Positions 36,617 through 45,716 of a DNA stretch of 64,000 nucleotides are shown one piece after another; position 1 is the first letter of the stretch; the number at the start of each line of letters is the position of its first letter. Made by a program: the position numbers and the translations under genes. Below the pieces are notes generated by a model. It was not told the DNA's origin, did not search any database, and worked only from the letters and a program-made list of their open reading frames with translations. Where the stretch lies: NCBI GenBank assembly GCA_013152275.1, contig JAADGS010000018.1:80136-144135 (forward strand), read 5' to 3'. This stretch comes from Actinomycetota bacterium (lineage in GTDB: Bacteria; Actinomycetota; Acidimicrobiia; Spongiisociales; UBA4744).

Positions 36617-37752
36617 ACATCGACCCGGCGGTCGCACTCGTGCTGTCCCCGAGGGACTGGGCGGCTCGGTTGCATCGCCACGCCGTCGACCATGGTGGCG
36701 TGCGTGTGAAAGCCCGTATCTTGCGCCCGGAGGAAGCCACGGGTGGCGACTTCGAAGTACTCGTGATCGATGACACCACGTCATTCCTGAGCCAGAGGCT
36801 CATCGATGAGATCCACGGCAGTGGCCACAAGGTGCTTGGTGTCTACGACGACGAAGAGTTTCCCGAGGGCTGTGACCGGCTGCAGAGGATGGGTGTGGAT
36901 GCCGTCATCGGAGCGGAGGCGACAGCCGAGGAATTCGTGCATCGGATAGCCGAGATGCGTCCCGGAGAGGTGATGGGCGCTGCGCGGGTACTCGCCCAAC
37001 ATGCAGCTTCCGGCAAGGTCGTGGTCGTTGGCGGGCCGTATGGGGGCACCGGTTCCACCGAGATAGCGATCGGCCTTGCAGGGCGGCTTCAGGATGGTGG
37101 ATCGCAGACGGTCCTCGTCGATGCGGACGATGTCGCGCCATCGATCGCCCAACGGCTCGGCCTGCCGCTCGTACCGAATCTGCGAACACTCGTGGAGCAC
37201 TCCCGGCACGGCGAGGACATCGGGAGCGACGTCGACGACAGTGCCGGATTCCGGGTCGTCTGTGGGATTCCGAATCCTCGTGACTGGTTCGAACTCCGCC
37301 CGGCGGATGTCGTCGTCGCCGTCGAGGATCTGGCCAAGACTGCGGATTGTGTGATCGTCGATGTCAGCTCCGGAGTCGAGCGGCTTCCCGGCGATGGCCG
37401 GTACCGGCTCTCGAGGAGGCTCATCGCGATGGCCGACGTTCTGATCGGTGTCGGCGTTCCCACACCGCTCGGTGTGTCCCGGTTGCTGGACTGGGTGGCG
37501 GAGACCAAGGTGCTGAACGAGCATATTCGGTTGTGCCTGGTCATCAACAGGACGCCGAAAGGAGCGTTTCTACGGAGCGAGGTCGCCCGTGAGATCGAGC
37601 GGATCTTCGAACCGTCCGTGCTCAGGTTCCTGCCGACAGACCGGCGCGTGGAGCAGGCGTCTTGGGCTGGAGGCCTCGTCCGAAAAGGGGCATTCACCCG
37701 TGCGGTGGCGGCCTTGGCCGCCGATGCTCCGCTGGTCGGGAGTGCTCCATGA
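36613..37752 (+). CDS. tadZ: TadZ/CpaE-like pilus assembly protein (receiver-like N-domain plus deviant ParA/MinD ATPase domain)
   Basis: The N-terminus is a pseudo-receiver. The deviant Walker A VVVVGGPYGGTGST and the gene's position fit TadZ. Confidence 0.7.
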   Translation: MNIDPAVALVLSPRDWAARLHRHAVDHGGVRVKARILRPEEATGGDFEVLVIDDTTSFLSQRLIDEIHGSGHKVLGVYDDEEFPEGCDRLQRMGVDAVIGAEATAEEFVHRIAEMRPGEVMGAARVLAQHAASGKVVVVGGPYGGTGSTEIAIGLAGRLQDGGSQTVLVDADDVAPSIAQRLGLPLVPNLRTLVEHSRHGEDIGSDVDDSAGFRVVCGIPNPRDWFELRPADVVVAVEDLAKTADCVIVDVSSGVERLPGDGRYRLSRRLIAMADVLIGVGVPTPLGVSRLLDWVAETKVLNEHIRLCLVINRTPKGAFLRSEVAREIERIFEPSVLRFLPTDRRVEQASWAGGLVRKGAFTRAVAALAADAPLVGSAP

Positions 37753-39020
37753 GCGCCTACGACGACATTCGCTCTGCCGCGGTCCAGATCATCGAGCGGC
37801 GGAAGCTCGACGTGCAGGCCGAGCGCGAGCTGACGCGTGCCGCCGTGACCGAGGCGGTCGGGACCTATCAGCGACAGGCCGACCACGGTGGGAACAAGGC
37901 GCTCCTCGATCCTGCAGAGATGATCGAGCGGGTCTTTCACGCCGTCGCCGACTTCGGCCCACTCACCGACATACTCACCGATTCCGGGGTTGAAGAGATC
38001 TTCATCGAAGGAGACCGCGTGTCCTCCATCGACGGTGACGGGAGATTGCACGCGCTGAGCCGTCCCACCACGGAGGAGGAGAACCGGCGCGTGGTCGACC
38101 GGCTTCTGGCGGACACGGATCGTCATCTCGATGTGGCGAACCCGATCGTGCAGGCCAGGGTCTTGCGAGACTCGGCCCGATTGACCGCCGTCATGCCGCC
38201 GATCGCCGATCGCCTCTCGGTCACGATCCGCAGGTATGCGCTTCGCCGGGAGACGCTCGCGTCGCTGGTCGAACTCGGCTCGATGACACCGTCGGCGGCC
38301 GGGTTCTTGTGGGCCGTGACACAGGCGAACTCGAGCATCATCGTTTCCGGGCCTCCCGGGGCGGGCAAGACGTCGATGCTTGCCGCGCTGATCGCCGCCA
38401 TCCCACCGGGAGACTGCCTGCGAAGCTGTGAAGAAGTTCGCGAGTTGCATGTCCCGATCGTTCACGGCTCCTATTACGAGGCTCGGCCACCGTCGCTCGA
38501 CGGGTCGGGGGCGATACCGCTGCGAGATCTCGTCAAGATCATCTTGGCGATGCGGCCGGACCGGATCGTCGTGGGGGAGGTTCGTGGCGCCGAAGCCTTC
38601 GAACTCACGCGGGCCGTCAACGCAGGCTGCGGGTTCTCGTGCACGGTACACGCGAACTCTGCGCGTGAGGCGCTCTCTGCACTGGTCAACGCGGCGCTGA
38701 TGGCAGGGGAGAACGTCACCGAATCGGTCGTTCGCAACGTCTTCGCTTCCTGCATCGACTTCGTCGTGCATCTCGACAGAGACACGTCGGTGCGGTCGGA
38801 TCGTGGCCTCCGGCGACGAGTCATGGAGGTGCTCTCCGTCGTTCCGTCGCTGCACGACGACTTCACGACGGAACCGATCTTTCTCCGAAGCGACCTGGGC
38901 GGGCCGCTCGAATGGACCGGTGTGTTCCCACCCGACGACCTCACGAGACGCATCCAGCGGTCCCTCCCCGAGGGCATGACACTGCGCTCGATCTTCGAGG
39001 GGAGACTGTCACCGTTGTGA
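37749..39020 (+). CDS. tadA: Tad pilus secretion ATPase CpaF/TadA
   Basis: Walker A GPPGAGKTS, Asp box, Walker B and His box (IVVGEVRGAEA) are present. The ATG overlaps the tadZ stop (ATGA). Confidence 0.9.
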   Translation: MSAYDDIRSAAVQIIERRKLDVQAERELTRAAVTEAVGTYQRQADHGGNKALLDPAEMIERVFHAVADFGPLTDILTDSGVEEIFIEGDRVSSIDGDGRLHALSRPTTEEENRRVVDRLLADTDRHLDVANPIVQARVLRDSARLTAVMPPIADRLSVTIRRYALRRETLASLVELGSMTPSAAGFLWAVTQANSSIIVSGPPGAGKTSMLAALIAAIPPGDCLRSCEEVRELHVPIVHGSYYEARPPSLDGSGAIPLRDLVKIILAMRPDRIVVGEVRGAEAFELTRAVNAGCGFSCTVHANSAREALSALVNAALMAGENVTESVVRNVFASCIDFVVHLDRDTSVRSDRGLRRRVMEVLSVVPSLHDDFTTEPIFLRSDLGGPLEWTGVFPPDDLTRRIQRSLPEGMTLRSIFEGRLSPL

Positions 39021-40813
39021 TCTTGCTTGCCGCCCTTGCCACCGGCACGTTCGTGGTCCTGGTCGCCGCCGCTCTCGGAGGAGTGACTCCCGCCCGGTCC
39101 CGTCGTAAGGCCGCTCATCTCGCCAAGACGAGACTGTGGCTGACCCAGGCAGGGGTCGACCTCGCGCCGCTCTCGTTCATCGTCGCGATCGTCGCGTTCG
39201 GCTTCGTGGCATTGGTCATGTTCGTGGCGGCCACAAAAAGCCCGATCGTCTCCGTGTTCCCCGCGATCGCCGTGGCATCGCTTCCGGTGCTCTCGGTGTC
39301 GCGTCGCAGGGCGCGCCGTATGGAAGAGGTGCATGCGGCGTGGCCGGACGGACTGAGGGATCTCGTCGCGTCGGTCGCGTCGGGCATGTCGCTCGCGCGC
39401 TCTCTGGATCGGCTCTCCGAGCGGGGGCCGGTCCCTCTGCGGGCCGCGTTTGCCGGATTCCCGCTCATGGCACGAACGGTCGGGGTCATTGCCGCACTCG
39501 AGATCGTCAAGAGCGAACTGGCGGATCCCTCGTCGGATCGCGTGCTGGAGGTGCTGATACTCGCCCAGGAGCGCGGAGGCGCCGCCATCTCCGAGATCCT
39601 GGAGGATCTTGCCGAGGCCGCCACTCGCGATCTGTGGGCGCTGGAAGAGATCAGGACCGAATCGCTCGAGCAGAAGATCAACGCTCGCGCCGTGTTCGTG
39701 CTGCCGTGGCTGGTCTTGGTGGCCCTCACGTTGCGTGACGGGGCATTCCGGGATTTCTACCGGAGCCCGGCGGGCGTCCTCGTGGTGACCGTCGGGGCCG
39801 CGCTGAGCGCCCTCGGGATGTGGCTGGTCGCCCGTCTCGGGCGTGGACGAGCCGAGGGTCTTCGCTCCCGCGGGAGGTGCCCGGTGATCGCCTTGGCTGT
39901 CGCCCTGAGCACGGGGATTGCGGTGGTCGCGGCAGTGTCTCTGGTGGCGAAGCCGATGCCCCGACTCGGCCCGCGGGTCCGTCCCTACAGTGTTGCGAGC
40001 ACGGTCAGTCTCGGGGGAACACCCGAGCTCGGTCGGGCGGGCCAGGCATCGGTCGTCGGGATCCTGAAGGTGATGCTCGACAGAGCAGGCCGGCGACTCG
40101 GCCGGATCGTGGACGGCTCGAGCGAACTCGAGATGCGACGCAAGCTGCGCCAGGCGGGTCTGTTCCCGACGGTCGACGAGGGGCGCCGTCTGGCCGAGTA
40201 CCGGCTTCGCCAGCTGTTCTCCACCGCACTGGCCACGGGCGCCGCGTTCCTCGTGGCGACGGTGGTGGGACTCGATACGAGTGCTGCCCTGGCCGTGGGC
40301 GGCCTGGGGTTCATCGTGGGAGCCACCCGCTGGAGGGGTCGTCTCGACAAGGCGATCGATGACCGCAGGATGCGTCTGCGGATCGAGGTATACACGATCA
40401 ACCAGCTGCTCTCCATGCGGGTGAGAGTGGGCGGCGGAGTCGTCCAGGCCGTCCAGTACGTCGTCTCGCGGGGCGTGGGAGCAATGGCGGGAGAACTCGC
40501 CGAGGCCTTGCGACTGCATCGCAGCGGAGTGCCGGCGTCGGAGGCACTCGCTCGCATCGCACACTCGACACCGGAGCCGCACGCCGCCAGAACCTACTGG
40601 CTGTTGTCGTCGGCCGAGGAGCGGGGAACGGACCTGGCGGGCGCGCTACTGGCCCTCGGGGAAGACGTCCGGGAAGCACGGCGAGAAGCCATCAGGCGTG
40701 CTGCGACGAAGCGACGCGCCGCGATGTTGATTCCGACCATCGCGATTCTCGCACCAATCATGCTGCTGTTCGTGGCGGCACCGCTGCCGAGCATCGTGTT
40801 CGGCGGCCTCTAG
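39017..40813 (+). CDS. tadBC: Fused TadB-TadC inner-membrane platform protein (two T2SSF domains in one 598-aa ORF)
   Basis: GTG overlaps the tadA stop (GTGA). Residues 1-290 are TadB-like and 290-598 are TadC-like, each with a T2SSF fold of 3 TM helices plus a cytoplasmic domain. There is no in-frame stop between the halves. An internal GGGAGG-N6-GTG at 39872-39886 could act as a separate TadC start. Confidence 0.65.
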   Translation: MILLAALATGTFVVLVAAALGGVTPARSRRKAAHLAKTRLWLTQAGVDLAPLSFIVAIVAFGFVALVMFVAATKSPIVSVFPAIAVASLPVLSVSRRRARRMEEVHAAWPDGLRDLVASVASGMSLARSLDRLSERGPVPLRAAFAGFPLMARTVGVIAALEIVKSELADPSSDRVLEVLILAQERGGAAISEILEDLAEAATRDLWALEEIRTESLEQKINARAVFVLPWLVLVALTLRDGAFRDFYRSPAGVLVVTVGAALSALGMWLVARLGRGRAEGLRSRGRCPVIALAVALSTGIAVVAAVSLVAKPMPRLGPRVRPYSVASTVSLGGTPELGRAGQASVVGILKVMLDRAGRRLGRIVDGSSELEMRRKLRQAGLFPTVDEGRRLAEYRLRQLFSTALATGAAFLVATVVGLDTSAALAVGGLGFIVGATRWRGRLDKAIDDRRMRLRIEVYTINQLLSMRVRVGGGVVQAVQYVVSRGVGAMAGELAEALRLHRSGVPASEALARIAHSTPEPHAARTYWLLSSAEERGTDLAGALLALGEDVREARREAIRRAATKRRAAMLIPTIAILAPIMLLFVAAPLPSIVFGGL

Positions 40814-40826
40814 GGAAGGGGTAGTC

Positions 40827-40994
40827 ATGCAGGCGATCATGGAGATGATTCATCGGGACGAGAGGGGGCTGAACACTGCGGAACTCCTCGGAAACGCGGC
40901 GCTGGCGATCATCGCGTTGATCGCCATCTGGGCCGCTCTCCAGGCGCTCGGGCTGGACATCGTTGCATGGATTCGCGCGCAGCTGCTCGGCTGA
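40827..40994 (+). CDS. flp: Flp-family type IVb prepilin (55 aa), absent from the supplied ORF track
   Basis: RBS GGGAAGGGG lies 6 nt before the ATG. The product MQAIMEMIHRDERG|LNTAELLGNAALAIIALIAIWAAL has an Flp-type leader with Gly cleavage site, followed by TAEL and a hydrophobic helix. Confidence 0.65.
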   Translation: MQAIMEMIHRDERGLNTAELLGNAALAIIALIAIWAALQALGLDIVAWIRAQLLG

Positions 40995-41125
40995 CGGCGC
41001 ACGCAACCGGTTGGACGAGCGGCAGGTGGAGCCCGGCATCCCCGCTTCGGGGTTCGAGCGCCGAGTCCGGTCACGAGCAACGGTGCGTGTCACGGCGGGA
41101 TGACGGGCATGGTGCCCCGAAGCCG

Positions 41126-41500
41126 GTGCGTGACGGGTCGTGCGGCTTTGCGACCGCGCAGTTCGTTCTCGCCGCCGGGCTTGGGCTGATGTTCTTCGTC
41201 TTCTTGGCGAACATGATCGTTTTCCAGTACGGCAAGGGGGTCGTCCGAGGGGCGCTCAACGAAGGGGTGAGGGCAGGTGCCCCCTCGGCCGCCGGACTCG
41301 AAGACTGCGAAAGGGCTCTCGCAGACACCCTCGGTGACCTGCTCGGAGGAACGATGGGCGAGGGGGTCGCTGCGAGGTGTTCGACCGATGGGGTGTTGGT
41401 GAGCGCCGATGCGAACGTGACGTTTCGCTCGTGGATACCGGGAGTGCCCGACTGGACCTTCACCGTGTCTGCGCAGAGTGTCAAAGAGGCTGCGCCGTGA
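41126..41500 (+). CDS. TadE-like pseudopilin
   Basis: From the GTG start, the N-terminus G-S-x-G-F-A-T-A-Q-F-V-L-A-A-G-L-G-L-M-FFVFL fits the TadE N-terminal motif. The start is uncertain. Confidence 0.5.
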   Translation: MRDGSCGFATAQFVLAAGLGLMFFVFLANMIVFQYGKGVVRGALNEGVRAGAPSAAGLEDCERALADTLGDLLGGTMGEGVAARCSTDGVLVSADANVTFRSWIPGVPDWTFTVSAQSVKEAAP

Positions 41501-41889
41501 AGGATCGCGGATCTGCGCCCCTCGAACTTGCAGCAGCCGTAGGCCTTCTGCTCATTCCAGCCGTTCTGCTCGTGCTGAGTTTCGCCCCGTGGGTGGAGCG
41601 TCAGATGATGGCGCGTGAGATCGCCCGGAACGTCGCTCGCACCGCCGCCGCCACCGCAGAGTTCGCCGACACCGGAGATCTGGTTACACGCGCGGCGCTC
41701 AACTACGGCGTCGATCGTGAGGATGTCACCGTGACCCTCGGCGGGAGTGTCGGACGTGGCGGGCTCGTCACGGCAACGGTGGACGTCCGCATGCCCGCGA
41801 TCGTCATTCCCGGAGTCGGTGAGTTCGGGTCGGTGACCTGGACCGTTCACCACACCGAACAGGTGGATCCGTACCGGAGCTATCCGTGA
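41497..41889 (+). CDS. TadE/TadF-like pseudopilin
   Basis: GTG overlaps the upstream stop (GTGA). The N-terminus GSAPLELAAAVGLLLIPAVLLVL matches the TadE motif. Confidence 0.5.
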   Translation: MKDRGSAPLELAAAVGLLLIPAVLLVLSFAPWVERQMMAREIARNVARTAAATAEFADTGDLVTRAALNYGVDREDVTVTLGGSVGRGGLVTATVDVRMPAIVIPGVGEFGSVTWTVHHTEQVDPYRSYP

Positions 41890-42283
41890 GCAGGGACCGC
41901 GGATCGATCACGATCTGGGTGTTGGGGCTCGTCATCCTGGTGATGGCGCTCGGGGGGTTGTCGCTGGACCTGTGGCGGGGACTCGCCGTGCGAAAGGCGG
42001 TCGCCGCGCGGCGGTCGCCGGCGCCTCCGGCATCGATGAGATGGCGTGGCGCAACGGAGAACTTCGACTCGATGCCCCGAGAGCACGCTCGCTCGCCGAC
42101 CGGGTCATCGCGGCCGAGCCGGATGCCGCGTCGCTCCGGTGGCGGGTGCAGGTGACCCCGCAGGAGATCACGGTGACCGTGGAGCGCGACGTGGATCTGA
42201 CCTTGCTCGAGATCATGGCTCCCGGCGACGAACCGCTCCGGGTTCGCGTGCGCTCCACGGCGCACCCCCAACGCGGAAGCTGA
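41886..42283 (+). pseudogene. TadG-like pseudopilin gene interrupted by a -1 frameshift near 42005
   Basis: Frame A gives the TadG-type N-terminus MSRDRGSITIWVLGLVILVMALGGLSLDLWRGLAVRKAVAA and then nonsense. Frame B, from about 42008, continues AAVAGASGIDEMAW...RWRVQVTPQEITVTVERDVDLTLLEI to a stop at 42283. Joining the two would give about 132 aa. Confidence 0.45.
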
Positions 42284-42290
42284 CCGAACG

Positions 42291-42319
42291 CGGTACTTCG
42301 TACTTTGTACCTGGTATCG
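42291..42319. promoter_or_regulatory. Tandem heptamers (CTTCGTA CTTTGTA CCTGGTA TCG) upstream of rplY
   Basis: GTA is phased every 7 bp. It shares the 9-mer GTACTTCGT with sites at 34984 and 29371. Confidence 0.45.
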
Positions 42320-42457
42320 CAACCTACCCGGCATGCGGGACCGTAGGGCGAACGTCGCGACTCCTGCAGGCTGTCGACCGATGACCGGCTCGCCTTGTTG
42401 AAGACGACGGAACGAGGCATAATCACCGTTCCACCTCTTCTTCCAAGGAGTTACGTC

Positions 42458-43105
42458 ATGCAAGTCACGCTGCGCGCCGAAACAGGGCGCGAGCGAGGGA
42501 GTCGGCCCTCACGAAGGTTGCGGCGCCAGGGTCTGGTCCCCGCCGTCGTCTACGGTAGGGGCCTGGAGCCCGTCGCGATCGCCGTGAATGCTCGCGAGCT
42601 GTACGCGGTGCTGCACTCGGATGCGGGCCTCAACGCGCTCATCAACCTCGAGATCGAAGATGGCGCCTCCCAGCTGACCATGGCCCGTGAGCTGCAGCGG
42701 CATCCCGTCCGCGGCGAGATCACGCACCTCGACTTCGTCACGATCTCACTCACGGAGAAGACACAGGTCGAAGTCGGCATCGAGCTGATCGGCGAGTCCG
42801 AGGGTGTCATAGAAGGTGGCATCGTCGAGACGATTCGCAACAGTGTCGAGGTGGAGGCCCTGCCGACAGAGATCCCACAGTCGATCGTCGTGGACATCAC
42901 GGAGATGACGATCGGCGACACGCTGCGCATCTCCGACCTTCCCGCCATCGAAGGCGTCGAGTATCTCGACGACCCGGACGACCCGGTCGTCACCATCGTC
43001 GTGCCTGCGGCGATCGTTGCCGAAGAGGCCGTCGAGGGTGAGGAACTCGAAGAGGGCGTCGAGGGCGAAGAGGGCGAAGAGGGCGAAGAACCGGAAGGCG
43101 AGTAG
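42458..43105 (+). CDS. rplY: 50S ribosomal protein L25 / general stress protein Ctc, with an acidic C-terminal tail
   Basis: RBS AAGGAG lies 7 nt before the ATG. The N-terminus RRLRRQGLVPAVVYG is conserved, and a Glu-rich tail follows. Confidence 0.9.
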   Translation: MQVTLRAETGRERGSRPSRRLRRQGLVPAVVYGRGLEPVAIAVNARELYAVLHSDAGLNALINLEIEDGASQLTMARELQRHPVRGEITHLDFVTISLTEKTQVEVGIELIGESEGVIEGGIVETIRNSVEVEALPTEIPQSIVVDITEMTIGDTLRISDLPAIEGVEYLDDPDDPVVTIVVPAAIVAEEAVEGEELEEGVEGEEGEEGEEPEGE

Positions 43106-43113
43106 CCACCCGT

Positions 43114-43698
43114 ATGAAGGTGATCGTCGGCCTGCGCAATCCAGAGCGGCGCTACGACGGGACCAGACACAACGTCGGAGGGGAAGTCGTCGAGGCCGTC
43201 GCGGAGCGATGGGGCTTTCGCCTCCGTCGCGGCCCGCGGCGCGTGGCCGCTTCCGTGGCCCAAGGGAGCATCGGCGGGGTCGATGTGATCCTGGCCCTCC
43301 CTCGTGTTGCGATGAACGTCTCGGGACCGCCGGTGGCATCCATCCTGCGCTACTACGGTGCGAGCACCGACGATCTTCTCGTCACGCACGATGACATCGA
43401 TCTTCCGTTCGGCCGACTTCGCCTGCACTACGGGCGAGGATCCGGTGGCCACAACGGGGTGCGCTCGATCGTCGCCACCATAGGCAGCCGGGACTTCTAC
43501 CGACTCAAGATCGGTATCGGACGTCCACCGGGGCGCATGGACCCTGCAGCATTCGTGCTGCAGAGATTCGGCAAGGACGAACGTCCCGAGATCGACCGGC
43601 TCATCAGCGATGCCGCGGACGTCATCGAGCAGTATCTCGTCGATCCCGAGAGCGCCGTGCAGGCCGCCGGTGGTCGACGGCCGCAGGATCCTCGGTAG
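43114..43698 (+). CDS. pth: Peptidyl-tRNA hydrolase
   Basis: Conserved blocks [17 protein letters not shown], catalytic His and [12 protein letters not shown] are present. Confidence 0.9.
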   Translation: MKVIVGLRNPERRYDGTRHNVGGEVVEAVAERWGFRLRRGPRRVAASVAQGSIGGVDVILALPRVAMNVSGPPVASILRYYGASTDDLLVTHDDIDLPFGRLRLHYGRGSGGHNGVRSIVATIGSRDFYRLKIGIGRPPGRMDPAAFVLQRFGKDERPEIDRLISDAADVIEQYLVDPESAVQAAGGRRPQDPR

Positions 43699-43720
43699 GG
43701 TGACGGCGAAGGAGGTTCCA

Positions 43721-45226
43721 TTGTTCGTCGCTGCCATCGATCAGGGGACGACGAGCAGCCGCTGCATGGTCTTCGACCATGCCGGAATGGTCGTCTCGTC
43801 TGCACAGAAAGAACATCGACAGATATTCCCGAGACCGGGATGGGTCGAACATGACGCATCCGAGATCTGGGATCGGACGGTCGAGGTTGTCGAAGGCGCC
43901 CTTTCGGCCGGCGGCCTCACCGCTTCGGACCTGGCGGCGGTCGGGATCACCAATCAGCGCGAAACGACCGTTCTGTGGGACAGAGCCACCGGGACGCCCG
44001 TTCACAATGCGATCGTGTGGCAGGACACACGCACCGCAGAACTCTGTGAGCACCTTGGTGGAGCAGAGGGGCCCGACCGATTCCGGTCTCGCACGGGGCT
44101 CCCGATCGCCACCTACTTCTCGGGTCCGAAGATCGCATGGCTGCTGGAACGGTCGGCCGAGCTGAGAGCTCGTGCCGAATCCGGCGACGTGCTGTTCGGG
44201 ACCATGGACACGTGGCTGCTCTGGAAGCTCACCGGTGTGCATGCGACCGACGTGACGAATGCAAGCCGCACCTTGCTGATGGACCTGGAGACACTCCAGT
44301 GGGACGAGACCCTGCTCGCAGAGATGGGTATCCCGCGTGCGATGCTTCCCGAGATCCGATCTTCCGTCGGCGTGTTCGGCACGGCAGCAGGGCCGCTCGA
44401 GGGAGTTCCCGTTGGCGGGATTCTTGGAGACCAGCAGGCAGCCCTGTTCGGACAGGCGTGCTTCGATCCGGGCGATGCCAAGAACACGTACGGAACCGGC
44501 TGCTTCATGCTCATGAACACGGGTGGGCGGCCGGTGCCGTCCAAGAACGGACTGCTCACCACCGTCGGCTACCGCATCGGGTCGGAGCCCGCCGTGTACG
44601 CGCTGGAGGGCTCGATCGCCGTGGCGGGCGCCATCGTCCAGTGGCTGCGGGACAATCTCGGCATCATCGAGCGATCCGGCGATGTCGAGGCATTGGCCAA
44701 GACGGTGTCCGACAACGGGGACGTGTACTTTGTCCCGGCGTTCAGCGGTCTCTTTGCCCCTCGATGGCGTGCCGACGCGCGGGGAGCGATCGTCGGACTG
44801 ACACGGTTCGCAACATCAGGGCATATTGCGCGGGCGGCCCTGGAATCGACGGCATTTCAGACCCGGGAAGTGCTCGACGCGATGCGCGCGGATTCCGGTG
44901 TGCAGTTGAGAGAGCTCAAGGTCGACGGCGGCATGGTCGTCGACGGGTTGTTGATGCAGTTCCAGGCCGACGTTCTGGGAGTACCCGTGATTCGACCGGA
45001 GGTCGTGGAGACGACGGCGCTCGGCGCGGCCTATGCGGCCGGACTCGCGGTCGAGTACTGGGACGGCCCGGCGGATCTGCGGGCGAATTGGAGCGAGAGT
45101 TCGCGATGGACGCCGGCGATGGGCGAGAAACGGCGAGACGCACTGTACGCACGATGGAACCAGGCGGTCGAACGGACGCTCGGGTGGGTGCCGGCTGGTA
45201 GCCTCGAAAGAGCGGCAAAGGAGTAG
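43721..45226 (+). CDS. glpK: Glycerol kinase
   Basis: TTG start has RBS GAAGGAGG 5 nt upstream. Conserved blocks [10 protein letters not shown] and GITNQRETT are present, along with the full FGGY N/C domains. Confidence 0.9.
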   Translation: MFVAAIDQGTTSSRCMVFDHAGMVVSSAQKEHRQIFPRPGWVEHDASEIWDRTVEVVEGALSAGGLTASDLAAVGITNQRETTVLWDRATGTPVHNAIVWQDTRTAELCEHLGGAEGPDRFRSRTGLPIATYFSGPKIAWLLERSAELRARAESGDVLFGTMDTWLLWKLTGVHATDVTNASRTLLMDLETLQWDETLLAEMGIPRAMLPEIRSSVGVFGTAAGPLEGVPVGGILGDQQAALFGQACFDPGDAKNTYGTGCFMLMNTGGRPVPSKNGLLTTVGYRIGSEPAVYALEGSIAVAGAIVQWLRDNLGIIERSGDVEALAKTVSDNGDVYFVPAFSGLFAPRWRADARGAIVGLTRFATSGHIARAALESTAFQTREVLDAMRADSGVQLRELKVDGGMVVDGLLMQFQADVLGVPVIRPEVVETTALGAAYAAGLAVEYWDGPADLRANWSESSRWTPAMGEKRRDALYARWNQAVERTLGWVPAGSLERAAKE

Positions 45227-45233
45227 GAGCAGC

Positions 45234-45635
45234 ATGAAGATCGTGGTCGGCTTTATCAGGACTCAGGAAGGCGAAGCGGCACTGCAGGCGGCAATCGATG
45301 AGGCGAAGTTACGCAATGGCGAATTGGTCGTGGTGCATTCGATGATGGGCGGCGACCACGAGAAAGCGGAGCATGTGCTCGCCTATCGAGAGGAACTCGA
45401 CGAAATCGAGAGACGCCTCGACGAGGAGGGCGTTGCGCACAGCGTCCATGAGTATGTGCGAGGGTATTCACCTTCCGAGGACCTCATCAAGGCAGCCGAC
45501 GACGAGGGTGCCGGCCTGATCGTGATCGGGCTGCGGAAGCGCTCCGCCGTGGGAAAGCTGCTGCTCGGCAGCAACGCCCAGGAGATTCTCCTCGGCGCCC
45601 ACTGCCCCGTGCTCGCCGTCAAAGCGAAATACTGA
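45234..45635 (+). CDS. Universal stress protein (UspA family)
   Basis: A 133-aa product with C-terminal ATP-binding motif GSNAQEILLGAHCPVLAV. Confidence 0.8.
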   Translation: MKIVVGFIRTQEGEAALQAAIDEAKLRNGELVVVHSMMGGDHEKAEHVLAYREELDEIERRLDEEGVAHSVHEYVRGYSPSEDLIKAADDEGAGLIVIGLRKRSAVGKLLLGSNAQEILLGAHCPVLAVKAKY

Positions 45636-45648
45636 GTATCTCGTACCC

Positions 45649-45677
45649 GGCATCTCGTACCTGGCACCAGGTACGAG
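45649..45677. promoter_or_regulatory. Perfect 13-bp inverted repeat ATCTCGTACCTGG-CAC-CCAGGTACGAGAT between usp and the lyase gene
   Basis: Read directly from the sequence. It could be the usp terminator or an operator for the downstream gene. It is preceded by a direct copy of ATCTCGTACC. Confidence 0.4.
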
Positions 45678-45716
45678 ATACCAGTGCCGTCTGATCGTCG
45701 AGAACCGGGAGTTCCC

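Noticed and set aside
37089-40582. Two overlapping minus-strand ORFs of 588 aa and 702 aa
   Set aside because: They run antisense through tadZ, tadA and tadBC, which have clear family motifs. The ORFs are Arg/Pro/Gly-rich and low-complexity, typical of GC artefacts.
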